This document shows, one piece after another, positions 29,703-44,282 of a stretch of DNA of 64,000 bases. The stretch spans positions 155,062 to 219,061 of the forward strand of contig CAVWBW010000004.1 of assembly GCA_963753395.1 (NCBI GenBank), in the 5' to 3' direction. The stretch is from an uncultured delta proteobacterium (lineage in GTDB: Bacteria; Myxococcota_A; Polyangia; Polyangiales; Houyiibacteriaceae). Under the pieces are notes generated by a model. That model ran no database searches and was not told the DNA's origin. It was given only the letters and a program-made list of their open reading frames with translations. Position 1 is the first letter of the stretch. Each line of letters opens with the position of its first letter. The position numbers were made by a program, and so were the translations under genes.

Positions 29703-31070
29703 ATGGGGATAGTGAGCTTGCTTGATAGGGGAGCAGCCCGCGGGCTGCGTGTCGCGTTGACCTTCGGTCTCTTTGCTGTGGCGAGCGGGTGCGGTGACGA
29801 CGCGACGCCAGCTCCGCCGCTCTCGACAGAGGAGCTGGTGCGTTGTGACATCACGACCGGCCCGTGTCAGCGCGGGATCTACGACTCGGTTGCGGCGATG
29901 CTCGACGCCAGCGGCTCTCCGATGCCGAGCATTCGCACGATCTCGGTGGACCAACATGCGGACGAAGTCCGGAACGGCCTCGACCTCAACGAGCTCAGCG
30001 GCGATGACGCGGAGACGCGCGGCCTTCGCCTGATGGGGTTCCTTCCGCCCGCCTCCGAGAGCCTGACGGCGACCCAAGCCGAGTACTGGATCACGCAGGT
30101 CGCCGCCTACTACAACCGCGGGGGCAATCGCATCACGGTCGTCGATCGCGACTACGAGCCAGGCAGCGCGCAGATCATTCTCGCGCACGAGTTCGTCCAC
30201 TCGATTCAGGACAGCCAGTTCAACCTCAACACGGTCGGGCGTGGCGCCGACACCGAGGACCGTATCATCGGTGTGCGCAGCGTCATTGAAGGCGACGCCA
30301 ACCATAGTTCGTATGCCTGGTACTACGAGACGAGCGGGTACACGCCTCAAGACATCGATTGGAGCGAAATTCACGACAGGGGAACCACGCGTCTGCAGGA
30401 GCGCGCCGCCGACCCAGAGGTTGCGCTCCTCGACACCGCGTCGAGCTTTCCTTACTCGTATGGGTTTCAGCTCATGAGCAACATCGCGCTCGCCGAGGGG
30501 CTGACTGGCCGGACGAACGCCTTCGGCGCACCGCCCGAGACCACCGCTCAGGTGATGCGCGGCTACGGCATGGGCGCGCCGGTGGTCGACTTTCCCGCCG
30601 TCGCCCATCCTGCTCCCGTCCAGGGGAGCGAGGTCGCCGTCGAGAATCGCTTCGGCGCTTGGTACGTGTACGGCACGCTCCGCCGGCAGGGGATGGAGCA
30701 TGCGACGGCCTGGGACATCGCGCTGAGCTGGGTCGGAGACGAGCTCGCGATCTACGATGACGGCGATGAGGTCGTCGCGGTGTGGCGCCTTCGCTTCGAG
30801 GACGAAGCCACGGCGGAGCTCCTAAGCGATGAGGTCAACGAGGACGGCGGCGACGCGTTGCGTTCCGCTGTGGCCTTCGGCGACGACGCGTTCGTGTTCG
30901 CCGCTGAGAGCTCCGAGACGCTCCTGGCCTGGGCCTCGCAGCCACTCGATTCGATGAGCGCGTCGATCGTCCCCAAGTCGGAGCGGAGGATGGGAGGGGC
31001 CGTGTCGGTGAGTAGATGCCTGCAAACACACGACTTTTCCGTCCCAAAGGTGCCGCCCCTCTTGCGCTAG
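29703..31070 (+). CDS. Lipoprotein with HExxH zinc-peptidase-like motif
   Basis: ASGC lipobox; AAYY, LAHEFVHSIQD, IEGDA, FPY.YG. Confidence 0.75.
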   Translation: MGIVSLLDRGAARGLRVALTFGLFAVASGCGDDATPAPPLSTEELVRCDITTGPCQRGIYDSVAAMLDASGSPMPSIRTISVDQHADEVRNGLDLNELSGDDAETRGLRLMGFLPPASESLTATQAEYWITQVAAYYNRGGNRITVVDRDYEPGSAQIILAHEFVHSIQDSQFNLNTVGRGADTEDRIIGVRSVIEGDANHSSYAWYYETSGYTPQDIDWSEIHDRGTTRLQERAADPEVALLDTASSFPYSYGFQLMSNIALAEGLTGRTNAFGAPPETTAQVMRGYGMGAPVVDFPAVAHPAPVQGSEVAVENRFGAWYVYGTLRRQGMEHATAWDIALSWVGDELAIYDDGDEVVAVWRLRFEDEATAELLSDEVNEDGGDALRSAVAFGDDAFVFAAESSETLLAWASQPLDSMSASIVPKSERRMGGAVSVSRCLQTHDFSVPKVPPLLR

Positions 31071-31110
31071 CAAGATTTTATACCTATTATTGCTATTGAA
31101 AGGAGCCCGG

Positions 31111-31488
31111 ATGTCGCTTGCCTCCTCGATCGCCATCGATGAAGCCGCTGTCGTGACCAAGGCGCTGCTCCGCGCTGCCGAAGCACTCGGCCTTTCATCC
31201 GCCGAGCTCGCGGAGATCGTCGGGTCGAGCGAGTCGACGCTGTCACGCGTTCGCAATCACAAGCGCGGACCGATTCCACTGCACAGCAAGGAAGGCGAGC
31301 TCGCCTTGTTGTTTCTCCGTGTCTTTCGAAGCCTCGACGCACTGGTCGGCGGGGACGAGGTGCACGCACGTGCGTGGCTCACCGCCGAGAACCATCACCT
31401 CGGCGGCGTGCCGCTCGAGCGTATGAAGAAAATCGAAGGCCTGGTCGATGTCGCCGAGTATCTGGACGCAATGCGCGGAACGATTTGA
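31111..31488 (+). CDS. Xre/MbcA/ParS-type antitoxin
   Basis: AAGGAG RBS; N-terminal HTH (LAEIVG.SESTLSR), WL..EN..LGG.P, YLDAMRG. Confidence 0.88.
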   Translation: MSLASSIAIDEAAVVTKALLRAAEALGLSSAELAEIVGSSESTLSRVRNHKRGPIPLHSKEGELALLFLRVFRSLDALVGGDEVHARAWLTAENHHLGGVPLERMKKIEGLVDVAEYLDAMRGTI

Positions 31489-32215
31489 GCCGACGCGGGT
31501 CGCGGGACCTGCGTGGCGCGCGGTCGAGTCGCAGCACGTGACGTCGACGCGGAAGCTCGTCGACTCGGACGACGAGCAACAGGTGCTCGAAGCCTTGATC
31601 GACACCGCGAAGCCTCCTTGGCCGCTGGGGCGCCGCTTCGTTGGGCTCCACTACCTTCTTGCGACACCGTTTCGACATCCGCCGCTCCGCTTCGGGTCGC
31701 GTTTCGGTACACGCCGTGAGCGCGGCATCTTCTATTGCGCGGAGGCGCAAAGTACCGTGCTCGCGGAGAAGGCGTACTACGTACTGCTCTTCTTGGAAGG
31801 TACGGAGGCGGACATCACGCCGCTGACGCGACCTCTCACGTTGTTTCAGGTTCGCATCTCGACGAAAAAGGGGGCTGACCTCATCGCGGCGCCCTTCGAC
31901 GAGCGCATCGATGAGATCTCTTCTCCGAGCAGCTATCGGGCGTCACAGCCGCTCGGCGCAGCGATGCGGGAAGCCGGCATCGCTGCATTTCGCTTCCAAT
32001 CGGCGCGCGACCCCCAAAAGGGGGCCAACGTCGGCCTGTTCGAGCCGGTGTTCACGACCAAGAAGCCTTTGCACCCCGAGCAGTGGATCTGCACCGCGAT
32101 CCGCGAGCGCGTCGAGCTCCAACCAGGGCCCGCCGTAATGCGTTCGCGCACCGGCTTCGAGCGCGCGGTATTCGCGGTCGACGGCGTGTTGCCCTCGCCG
32201 GGCGTGACGGCCTGA
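31448..32215 (+). CDS. RES-domain NAD+ phosphorylase toxin
   Basis: WRAVESQH, LLATPFR.PP, GSRFG, AE.AYY, F.SARD; overlaps antitoxin 3' end. Confidence 0.88.
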   Translation: MSPSIWTQCAERFEPTRVAGPAWRAVESQHVTSTRKLVDSDDEQQVLEALIDTAKPPWPLGRRFVGLHYLLATPFRHPPLRFGSRFGTRRERGIFYCAEAQSTVLAEKAYYVLLFLEGTEADITPLTRPLTLFQVRISTKKGADLIAAPFDERIDEISSPSSYRASQPLGAAMREAGIAAFRFQSARDPQKGANVGLFEPVFTTKKPLHPEQWICTAIRERVELQPGPAVMRSRTGFERAVFAVDGVLPSPGVTA

Positions 32216-32225
32216 CGACTTAGTC

Positions 32226-33206
32226 GTGCAGGATAGGGCTCGTGTGTTGGCCGAGCCCCGCGGTCCGCTTTGTCTGCGCGGAACCGAGTACACCGTCGAC
32301 ACCCGCCAGGGGAGCTCGGACGCGCTCGTCATCTACTTGCAGGGCGGTGGCGCGTGCTGGGACAGCCTGTGTGCCGCCACGGAGGTCGCCGACTCGCTTC
32401 CGCCGAGCGGGATCTTGAACCCGGACCTCGAGGGGAACCCCGTCGCTGACTGGGACGTTCTCTACGTGCCGTATTGCGACGGCTCGATCTTTTCCGGCGA
32501 CGTCGATCGCGTGCTTCCAAACAGCCTCTTTGGGAATGGCGGTCCCGGGGAGAGCCAGGCGCATCAACGAGGTCTTCAGAATCTCACCGCCGCGCTGGAC
32601 ATCGGCCTCGCGGAGTTCCCGAACCCGAGCCGCATCTTGTTGACCGGCATCAGCGCTGGCGGGTTCGGCACGATCGTGGCGCTACCTTTGGTGCGCTACC
32701 ACTATCCGGACGCCGAGATCGTCCTTTTCAACGACTCCGGCGTCGGCGTAGCCAACGAACGCAATCCCGACGTCCTCAACGAAACGCTCCTTTCAGGCTG
32801 GAACGCCACTTCGCTCGTGCCCGAGTCTTGTACCGGTTGCACGAGTAACGGCCACGTCACCCGATTCATCGAATGGCAGCTCGCCGCGAACGACAACTTC
32901 ACGATGAGCACGCTCAGCTTTGGCGCCGACTCAGTGATCACTTTCTTCTTCAAGATCTCTGCGGCTCAATTCACCGAATCGCTGCTCGCCGAGACCGGCC
33001 GAACCACGATGCTCTACGAGGATCGGTACAAGCGGGCCATCGCGGAGGGCACCGGCCATACCTTCGTGCTCACCGAGATGGCGAGCGAGGACGGCGGCGG
33101 CGGCTTGGACACCGAAATCGCAGGCACGACGGTCCTCGACTGGTTCACCGCGCACATCGACGGCACCGAGGGTTGGGTCGACCTGGTCGACGAGAGCCTC
33201 GAATAG
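32226..33206 (+). CDS. Pectinacetylesterase/Notum-family hydrolase
   Basis: YLQGGGACWD, YVPYCDGS, TGISAGG nucleophile elbow, NDSG; N-terminus appears short. Confidence 0.82.
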   Translation: MQDRARVLAEPRGPLCLRGTEYTVDTRQGSSDALVIYLQGGGACWDSLCAATEVADSLPPSGILNPDLEGNPVADWDVLYVPYCDGSIFSGDVDRVLPNSLFGNGGPGESQAHQRGLQNLTAALDIGLAEFPNPSRILLTGISAGGFGTIVALPLVRYHYPDAEIVLFNDSGVGVANERNPDVLNETLLSGWNATSLVPESCTGCTSNGHVTRFIEWQLAANDNFTMSTLSFGADSVITFFFKISAAQFTESLLAETGRTTMLYEDRYKRAIAEGTGHTFVLTEMASEDGGGGLDTEIAGTTVLDWFTAHIDGTEGWVDLVDESLE

Positions 33207-33267
33207 GGGTTGACCCAAGCCTCAGCTTCACCCAAAATAGAACACGTTCTACTTCTCGGGTGTATGC

Positions 33268-34401
33268 ATGAAAACTGAAATTTGTGAGCGGTTGGGGATC
33301 GAGTTCCCGATCTTTGCTTTTAGTCATTGTCGGGATGTCGTCGCTGCGGTGAGCCGCGCCGGCGGGCTCGGAGTGTTGGGCGCCGTGGCGTACAGCCCGG
33401 AGCAGCTCGAGCTCGAGCTCAAATGGATCGACGAGCACGTCGACGGAAAACCGTACGGCGTCGATACCGTCATTCCGGCCAAGTACATCGGCAAGGATCA
33501 GGGCGACGTCAGCAAAGAGCAGCTCGAACAGATGATCACGCCCGCGCATCGGAAGTGGATCAACGACTTGCTCGATCGGAACGGGGTTCCGCCGCTTCCG
33601 GACGACGTTGAGGAGATCGAGGGGCTGCTTGGCTGGTCGGCTTCGGGTGGCCGCGCGCACTTCGAGGTCGCGATGCGGCATCCAATCGCGTTGATCGCCA
33701 ACGCGCTCGGCCCGCCCCCCGAGGACATCATCAGCCAGGCGCACGACAAGGGCGTCATGGTCGCTGCGCTTTGCGGCACAGTGCGACAAGCGATCAAACA
33801 GAAGAACGCTGGCGTCGACATCGTCATCGCGTCCGGGTACGAGGCGGGCGGACACACCGGTGAAATCGGCACGATGGTGTTGTTGCCGCAGGTGGTCGAC
33901 GCAGTTGCGCCCACTCCTGTGCTTGGCGCGGGGGGGATTGGCTCGGGCCGTCAGATGGCAGCGGCCATGGCGATGGGCGCTGCGGGCGTGTGGACCGGTT
34001 CGATTTGGCTCACTACGGAGGAGTCCGATTCGATTCCGTCACTCGTCGACAAGCTGCTCGTTGCGGATTCGACGGAGACGATTCGCTCGCGAGCGATCAG
34101 CGGCAAGCCCGCGCGCCAGCTCAAAACCGACTACACCCGCGCGTGGGAAGAAGATCCGGAGTGTCCGGGCTTCCTTCCGATGCCGCTTCAGTTCATGGCA
34201 ACTGCTGAGGCGACGCAGCGAATCACGCGATTTGCGCAGACCGGAGCCGAGGGCTCTGCCGCGCTGCTTGGCACTCCCGTCGGACAGGTCGTCGGCCAGA
34301 TGAACACGCGGAAGCCCGCCCGCCAGGTCGTCGAGGAGATGGTTGGCGAGTACATCGACGCCGTCGAGCGGGTATCCGGCCTGCTCGAAGACGCCGACTG
34401 A
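33268..34401 (+). CDS. Nitronate monooxygenase/FabK-like flavin oxidoreductase
   Basis: FAFSHCRDVV, EAGGHTG, GAGGIG.GR, GVWTGS, SGKPAR. Confidence 0.9.
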   Translation: MKTEICERLGIEFPIFAFSHCRDVVAAVSRAGGLGVLGAVAYSPEQLELELKWIDEHVDGKPYGVDTVIPAKYIGKDQGDVSKEQLEQMITPAHRKWINDLLDRNGVPPLPDDVEEIEGLLGWSASGGRAHFEVAMRHPIALIANALGPPPEDIISQAHDKGVMVAALCGTVRQAIKQKNAGVDIVIASGYEAGGHTGEIGTMVLLPQVVDAVAPTPVLGAGGIGSGRQMAAAMAMGAAGVWTGSIWLTTEESDSIPSLVDKLLVADSTETIRSRAISGKPARQLKTDYTRAWEEDPECPGFLPMPLQFMATAEATQRITRFAQTGAEGSAALLGTPVGQVVGQMNTRKPARQVVEEMVGEYIDAVERVSGLLEDAD

Positions 34402-34407
34402 CGCGGC

Positions 34408-36849
34408 CTACTTCTGCGGGCAGTTGCGGCTCAGGTCGCGGGCCCGGCGGGCTTCTTTGCCGTTGCGGTTGGCGCTCAAGTACTGGGCTGCCAGCGCACA
34501 GCCTTCTTCCGTCGGCCCGAGCAATACGGCGAGGCGCCCGGCCGCCACTGGCATGGGGATTCGGGCGGACACGGCCTTTCGGAGAGGTTCCTCGGGTGAG
34601 CGCTCGCGGTCCTCTTCGATGTCGGCGAGGAGGAGGCGGAGATCGGCATCGTCGGGCTGGAGCCCCGCCGCTTCTTTCGCGTAGCGCACAGCCAAGCCCC
34701 GCTTCTCATCTGCGAGTGCGAAGCGCGCTTTGACGATCAGCTCCCAGACCGCGGTCTCAGGGCTCGCCTCGAGCGGCTTCCCGCTTTCGTCGACCGCTTC
34801 GAGAGCGCGTTCGAGGCTGTTCTCGGCGCCGAGCTTTCTTCTCCCGTAGACCTGCGCGAGCGCCAGACCGGTGTCCGCGAGGCGCGCGTTGGCTCCGTTG
34901 CGTTTGGCTCGTTGGAAGTATGCTGCAGCGCGAGTGTAGTCCTCGGCTTGGAGGCACACGCGCGCACTCGCGAGTCGCAAGGCAACATTCTTGCTGTGGC
35001 GGCCGATCGCATTGCGCATGGTGGTCATTCCGCTCTGGCCGGCTCCCGTGCGCATGAGATATCGGATCCGTTGCTCGTCTGCACGAAGGTCCACGACCCC
35101 GGCCTCGTCCATCTGCTTGATGACCTCGGCGGCGCGCGGGAAGTCACCCATGTCGATCAGCAGCGCCACGAAACCCGATAGCGCGCGGGACTCGCTCGGA
35201 TCGAGCGCGAGCGCTTTTTCGTAGCTCGTCTTCGCTTGATCCTTCGATGCGACGTTCCGCGCAGCGTCCCCGCGAAGTGCGTAGAGACGCGCGTCGTCCG
35301 GGCTCAGCTCCACTGCGCGGTCGAGCGCAGCGAGCGCTTCCGCCGACTTGCCCTCTGCGAGCAACACGCGTGCGTGGCTGCCATGCGCCCAACCCTCGCT
35401 AGGGAAGGCGTCGAGCGCTGCGCGTGTCATCTGTTCCGCCTCGCTGAGCTGACCAGCCTCGACGTACACTCGAGCGGCCGTGTCGACGAGTGCGAGGTGA
35501 TTCGGGTGTGTGCCGAGCGCGGCTTGGAGCACCTCGAGCGCCTCGTCGGTGGCTCCGTCTTCGAGCAGAGCGCCTGCCAACGCGCTCGATGCGGCTACGC
35601 CCCATTGCGGGTCGCTCGAGGCCTCGCGATAGAGCGACATCGCGCGGGCTCGCTCGTCGCTCCTCGCCGAGCCGCGTAGAAGCTCAGCGATCACGAGGGC
35701 ACGAAATGCGGGTTTCGCTGCCTCATTGGGGCCAAAGCCGGCGCCGCTGAGGGTAGCGAGACCCGCGCGCATGTCGCCGGTTTGCGCGTACCACCACGCG
35801 ATGACGTGGGCGCGCGTGGCAAGGTCGGCAGAGGGTCCGCTGCTAAGCCGCTTCAGGAGGAGCTTGGCTTCTCCCGTACGTCCGAGCGCGAGTAGGAGCT
35901 GCGCAGTCCCAATCAACAAAGGCTCGTCCACGCGGAGCTCGGGCTCCGCCGCCGTGCGCAGGTTCTGATACGCGGCGCCAATCTCTCCCGTCCGATACGC
36001 GAGCACGCCCTTGATGAAGCGAGCCCACGCCTTGTGCACCACCGCCGCATCCTCGTCGGCGAGGACGTCGTCGGCGAGGGCCGTGGCTACGTCCGCATTG
36101 CCTTGCTGCAGACCAAGGACGCGCGCGCGAGCGACCTTCGTTGCCGCGGTGTCTTGGCTCACCGTGTCCAGCACTCCGAGCGCCGCCTGTGCGCCATCGG
36201 TCTGCGCGGCGATGCGAGCGAGGAGGGCGGCCGGTTCGGGTGCGCCGGGCCGGGCCTCGACCACCGTTCGGGCGTCTTCGGCGGCCTGGCTCCATTGGCC
36301 GCGCGCGATCGCGGTCATCGCGCGCCCACGAAGGAAGGCGTCGGCCTGATCGGTGTACTTCGCCGGCCGCTCTGCCTCGCCGTGTGCCGCCCGCGCGTCC
36401 CCTTCCGCGAGGAACGCGTAGACTCGCGCGATCCGCTGGTCGGGGTCACTCGGGTCAGCGTGGTCGGCCAGAAGCGCCTCCGCCTCTTCGAGCTTGCCGG
36501 CGTCGCCGCCGAGCGCAGCCGTGGCAAGGAGGCGGATCCGGACGCTCGGGTCGGGCTCGCCTCTCAGCATGGAGAGCGCCGTTCCGATCGTGTCGGGGCT
36601 GGCGTCATTGATGACCTCGTCGAGGGCCGACGCGAGACGGGCCTCGCGAATCCATCCGAGGGCCATGTGTACGATGAAGAAGAAGATCAGCGCCGCAATC
36701 CCGGCGGCAATGAGCCTCCGGATGCGCCGCTTCAGCGCCTCCTCCGGTGGCAGGACGATCTTGTCCACCGGCGCGATCGAGGGCGTTGCCTCTTCGACTC
36801 TGAATAGATCAGACGGTTCTCTTCGTGAGCTCGAGTCCTTGTCGGCCAC
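34408..36849 (-). CDS. Membrane-anchored TPR-repeat protein
   Basis: One N-terminal TM; TPR-like A..AL..A..L.P repeats; GTG at 36849 with GGAGG RBS. Confidence 0.8.
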   Translation of the reverse strand: MADKDSSSRREPSDLFRVEEATPSIAPVDKIVLPPEEALKRRIRRLIAAGIAALIFFFIVHMALGWIREARLASALDEVINDASPDTIGTALSMLRGEPDPSVRIRLLATAALGGDAGKLEEAEALLADHADPSDPDQRIARVYAFLAEGDARAAHGEAERPAKYTDQADAFLRGRAMTAIARGQWSQAAEDARTVVEARPGAPEPAALLARIAAQTDGAQAALGVLDTVSQDTAATKVARARVLGLQQGNADVATALADDVLADEDAAVVHKAWARFIKGVLAYRTGEIGAAYQNLRTAAEPELRVDEPLLIGTAQLLLALGRTGEAKLLLKRLSSGPSADLATRAHVIAWWYAQTGDMRAGLATLSGAGFGPNEAAKPAFRALVIAELLRGSARSDERARAMSLYREASSDPQWGVAASSALAGALLEDGATDEALEVLQAALGTHPNHLALVDTAARVYVEAGQLSEAEQMTRAALDAFPSEGWAHGSHARVLLAEGKSAEALAALDRAVELSPDDARLYALRGDAARNVASKDQAKTSYEKALALDPSESRALSGFVALLIDMGDFPRAAEVIKQMDEAGVVDLRADEQRIRYLMRTGAGQSGMTTMRNAIGRHSKNVALRLASARVCLQAEDYTRAAAYFQRAKRNGANARLADTGLALAQVYGRRKLGAENSLERALEAVDESGKPLEASPETAVWELIVKARFALADEKRGLAVRYAKEAAGLQPDDADLRLLLADIEEDRERSPEEPLRKAVSARIPMPVAAGRLAVLLGPTEEGCALAAQYLSANRNGKEARRARDLSRNCPQK

Positions 36850-36927
36850 CGTGCATCCCTCCCCGACGACGTGCGCCCTTGGTCGCACATTGTCGCGTCA
36901 ATCGGGCCAGGGACGCAAGTCTACGGG

Positions 36928-37722
36928 CTAGAGCACGAAAGGGATGATTCTGCGCCGGCCTTTTGGGTAGTCGCTGAAATGCTCGATGTACCAGCGATGG
37001 TTGGAAAACGCGCGAGGGATGAGGTTGGTCGCCGTGAACCACGCGAAAACCCATGCCGGGACGGTCCACGCGGCAAATGCAAAGCCGATCCATTCGATGA
37101 TCTCGCCGAAGTAGTTGGGGCTCGACAGCCATCGATAGAAGCCGCCGTAGGGGATCTTGTAGCCGCTCTCGCCGGGCTTTCGCAGGTTGCGGAGGATGGC
37201 GTCGGAGTGCTGATTCACCGCGTAGCCGCCGAAAAAGAGGACGATTCCGATGATGAACCGCGGGCCGGTCAGCCAGGCAGTGCTGAGCAGGTGCGGGGCG
37301 AGCTCGGTGATCGCGAATGCGTTGGTCGAGCCGTTTGCGGCGTTGAAGCCGAAGGCGAGGACCCCGGTGACGATCGGCTTCCGCTTGTGGCCGCCGCGCA
37401 TCCGGAACGGGTAGATGAACGAGCGGTACACGTAGTGGAGCATGAACATGCCGAACAGAATCAGCGGGACCGTCGCGAAGGCGTTGTCCGACAGGAAGTA
37501 GACGATCGCGAACGCAATCGGCGAGGGCGCCTCCATGATGACCCAGAGGGCGGTCGCATTGATCGTGGGGCCCCAGCCCGGGCGCAGGTGCCTCCCGTAC
37601 GGTGCGGAGATGAACCAGAGCAACACGAAGCTCACGATGCCCAAGACGACGACGCCGAAGACGGTCCAGGTGTAAAGTGGGTGCGTTTGTAGGGATTCGG
37701 TAAGAGCGTCGGTGATCGGCAT
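36928..37722 (-). CDS. Steroid 5-alpha-reductase (SRD5A/DET2-like) family protein
   Basis: APYGRH, W..MEAPS, HY.YR, N.HSD..LR.LR, YKIP.GG, PNYFGEIIEW.GFA. Confidence 0.9.
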   Translation of the reverse strand: MPITDALTESLQTHPLYTWTVFGVVVLGIVSFVLLWFISAPYGRHLRPGWGPTINATALWVIMEAPSPIAFAIVYFLSDNAFATVPLILFGMFMLHYVYRSFIYPFRMRGGHKRKPIVTGVLAFGFNAANGSTNAFAITELAPHLLSTAWLTGPRFIIGIVLFFGGYAVNQHSDAILRNLRKPGESGYKIPYGGFYRWLSSPNYFGEIIEWIGFAFAAWTVPAWVFAWFTATNLIPRAFSNHRWYIEHFSDYPKGRRRIIPFVL

Positions 37723-37762
37723 CGGTCTCGCGGTCCGTCTAGGATCGGCCTAAACTCGTCGG

Positions 37763-38305
37763 GTGGCCGCTAATTGGTTCATCGGCTTTCCTATGCAAGT
37801 AGAGGGGCTCCGCCTTCCACCCGCGCCGCGCCGGGTGCGCGTTTTCGGAGCCACCGATCTCCACCTAACATTGGGCTTTCTCGGCTCCGCGCAAGAGTCT
37901 CAGGCCCGCCGAGCGTGGGCGGAGATCGAGAGCTTTTCCTCGTTTCGTCCCGTGAGCGGCTCGTTCGAGCGCGTGCAGGCGCTCGGCCACCCGACAAAGC
38001 CCTCCGCCCTCGCCGCGATGGTCGGCCAGGGGCGCAAGGCGATGACAGCCATGATCCTGGAGGCGCGGGCCCCGCTTCTCGCGGCTGCTGATGCGCCCCC
38101 GGACGATCGCCCGCCGCTGCCGCACATGACCCTCGGGCGGATTCAACGTCGGGCTGAGCGCGCCGAGCGTCAGGAGGCGATGCGGTGGGCCGAGGGGATC
38201 GATCTCCGCGGAATCTCGTTCGTCGCGGCGTCCGTCGCGCTCTACACTTGGGCGAACCAGCGGCAGGAGCACCTGTTTCGGATCGTCGAACAGCACGCCT
38301 TGTGA
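37763..38305 (+). CDS. thpR: RNA 2',3'-cyclic phosphodiesterase (2H family)
   Basis: Two HxT motifs: LHLTLGFLG and PHMTLGR. Confidence 0.8.
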   Translation: MAANWFIGFPMQVEGLRLPPAPRRVRVFGATDLHLTLGFLGSAQESQARRAWAEIESFSSFRPVSGSFERVQALGHPTKPSALAAMVGQGRKAMTAMILEARAPLLAAADAPPDDRPPLPHMTLGRIQRRAERAERQEAMRWAEGIDLRGISFVAASVALYTWANQRQEHLFRIVEQHAL

Positions 38306-38367
38306 TCGTAAGTTGGTGTTTTCGTCGCCGATCGGGTTCAATGCCGCTGATAGGGCAGAACCGCACG

Positions 38368-38685
38368 ATGTGGAAGAAGGCAGTCTTTGGTGCGCTGTCG
38401 GCAAGCTTCCTTGGCTATGTCGCTTGGGTGTCGTGTCTCAGCAGTGTTCCTCACCAGATCGAGTGGGACGTCGCGACGCGCGTCACGGAGCGGCTAGACA
38501 GGACCGGCTTTGAAGAAGTGATTCCGGTGGTGGATGGTCGGGACGTCGAGCTACGCGGGTCAGTGACGTCCGCTTCCGAGGCACGGCGGGCAGAGCGAGT
38601 CGTGAGCATGGTTCGGGGAGTGCGCGTGGTGCGCGCGAACATGCTCGTCGCCGATGAAGACGGTGACAGGGGAGGTGACACGTGA
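38368..38685 (+). CDS. BON-domain protein
   Basis: N-terminal TM then VDGRDVELRG.V...V.GVR.V. Confidence 0.75.
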   Translation: MWKKAVFGALSASFLGYVAWVSCLSSVPHQIEWDVATRVTERLDRTGFEEVIPVVDGRDVELRGSVTSASEARRAERVVSMVRGVRVVRANMLVADEDGDRGGDT

Positions 38686-39491
38686 TCTACCTGATGCTGC
38701 AGATGATTGGCATTCTGCTGATCGCGGCCGTCTCGGGCGCTGCGCTGTTGTGGCTGGTGCAAGTGCTCTGGGGGAAGCTGGTTGCGCCCGTGCGCGCCAG
38801 GACCCTCGAGTACGAGCTCGACGAGGTGCGCTCCGATCTCATCACGCAAGACCAACGGATCCAGGCGGTGAAACGTCAACTCGAGGCCTCGCGCGAGACG
38901 ACCGAGGCGCTACAGAGGGCGAAGCGGCAACTCACCGCGACCTTGGACGCGAGAAATCGATCGCTTCACGAGTCCAATGCGCGTCTGGCGGCCATCGAGT
39001 CCGACGCAAAGCCGGCGTCGCGCGCGTCAGCGGAGGATCTGCGCCGGGAGCTGCGCATTGCCGTGACCGAGCGCGACGAAGCACGGACCGGTCTCCGTCA
39101 CTCTGAAACGCGCGCGGAACGATTTCGCGCCGAGCTCGAGGTGCTCCACGGCATCCATGAACGGATGCTCGACGACATCGAGCAGCTCAAGGCACGCGTG
39201 CGGGAAGCGGAGATCGAGCTCAAGAGCACTGGAGAATCGCGGCCACCCGCTTGGCTCATGGTGCAGCCGTACGGGCCTCGCGACGACCTTCAGCGTCTGC
39301 AAGGCATCGACCCGATCCTAGAGCGCTCGCTCAACCGCTTGGGCATCTACCACTTCCATCAGATTGCGCGCTTCGAGCCGTCGGACGTCGAGTGGCTCGT
39401 CGAACACGTCGATGGCGTCCCCGAGCAGACGATTCGCGACAGCTGGATTCCGGACGCGGGCTTGCTCGCCGGCACCCAACACGGAAACTAG
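38682..39491 (+). CDS. Membrane-anchored coiled-coil protein with C-terminal HhH-like (COG3743-type) domain
   Basis: TM, coiled coil, DDLQRLQGIDP..E..LN.LGIYHF.QIA. Confidence 0.75.
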   Translation: MIYLMLQMIGILLIAAVSGAALLWLVQVLWGKLVAPVRARTLEYELDEVRSDLITQDQRIQAVKRQLEASRETTEALQRAKRQLTATLDARNRSLHESNARLAAIESDAKPASRASAEDLRRELRIAVTERDEARTGLRHSETRAERFRAELEVLHGIHERMLDDIEQLKARVREAEIELKSTGESRPPAWLMVQPYGPRDDLQRLQGIDPILERSLNRLGIYHFHQIARFEPSDVEWLVEHVDGVPEQTIRDSWIPDAGLLAGTQHGN

Positions 39492-39498
39492 TCCAGAG

Positions 39499-44279
<4,781 letters not shown>

Positions 44280-44282
44280 CGC

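Noticed and set aside
31111-32215. Xre-RES pair as a novel system
   Set aside because: Well-described type II toxin-antitoxin family with canonical layout
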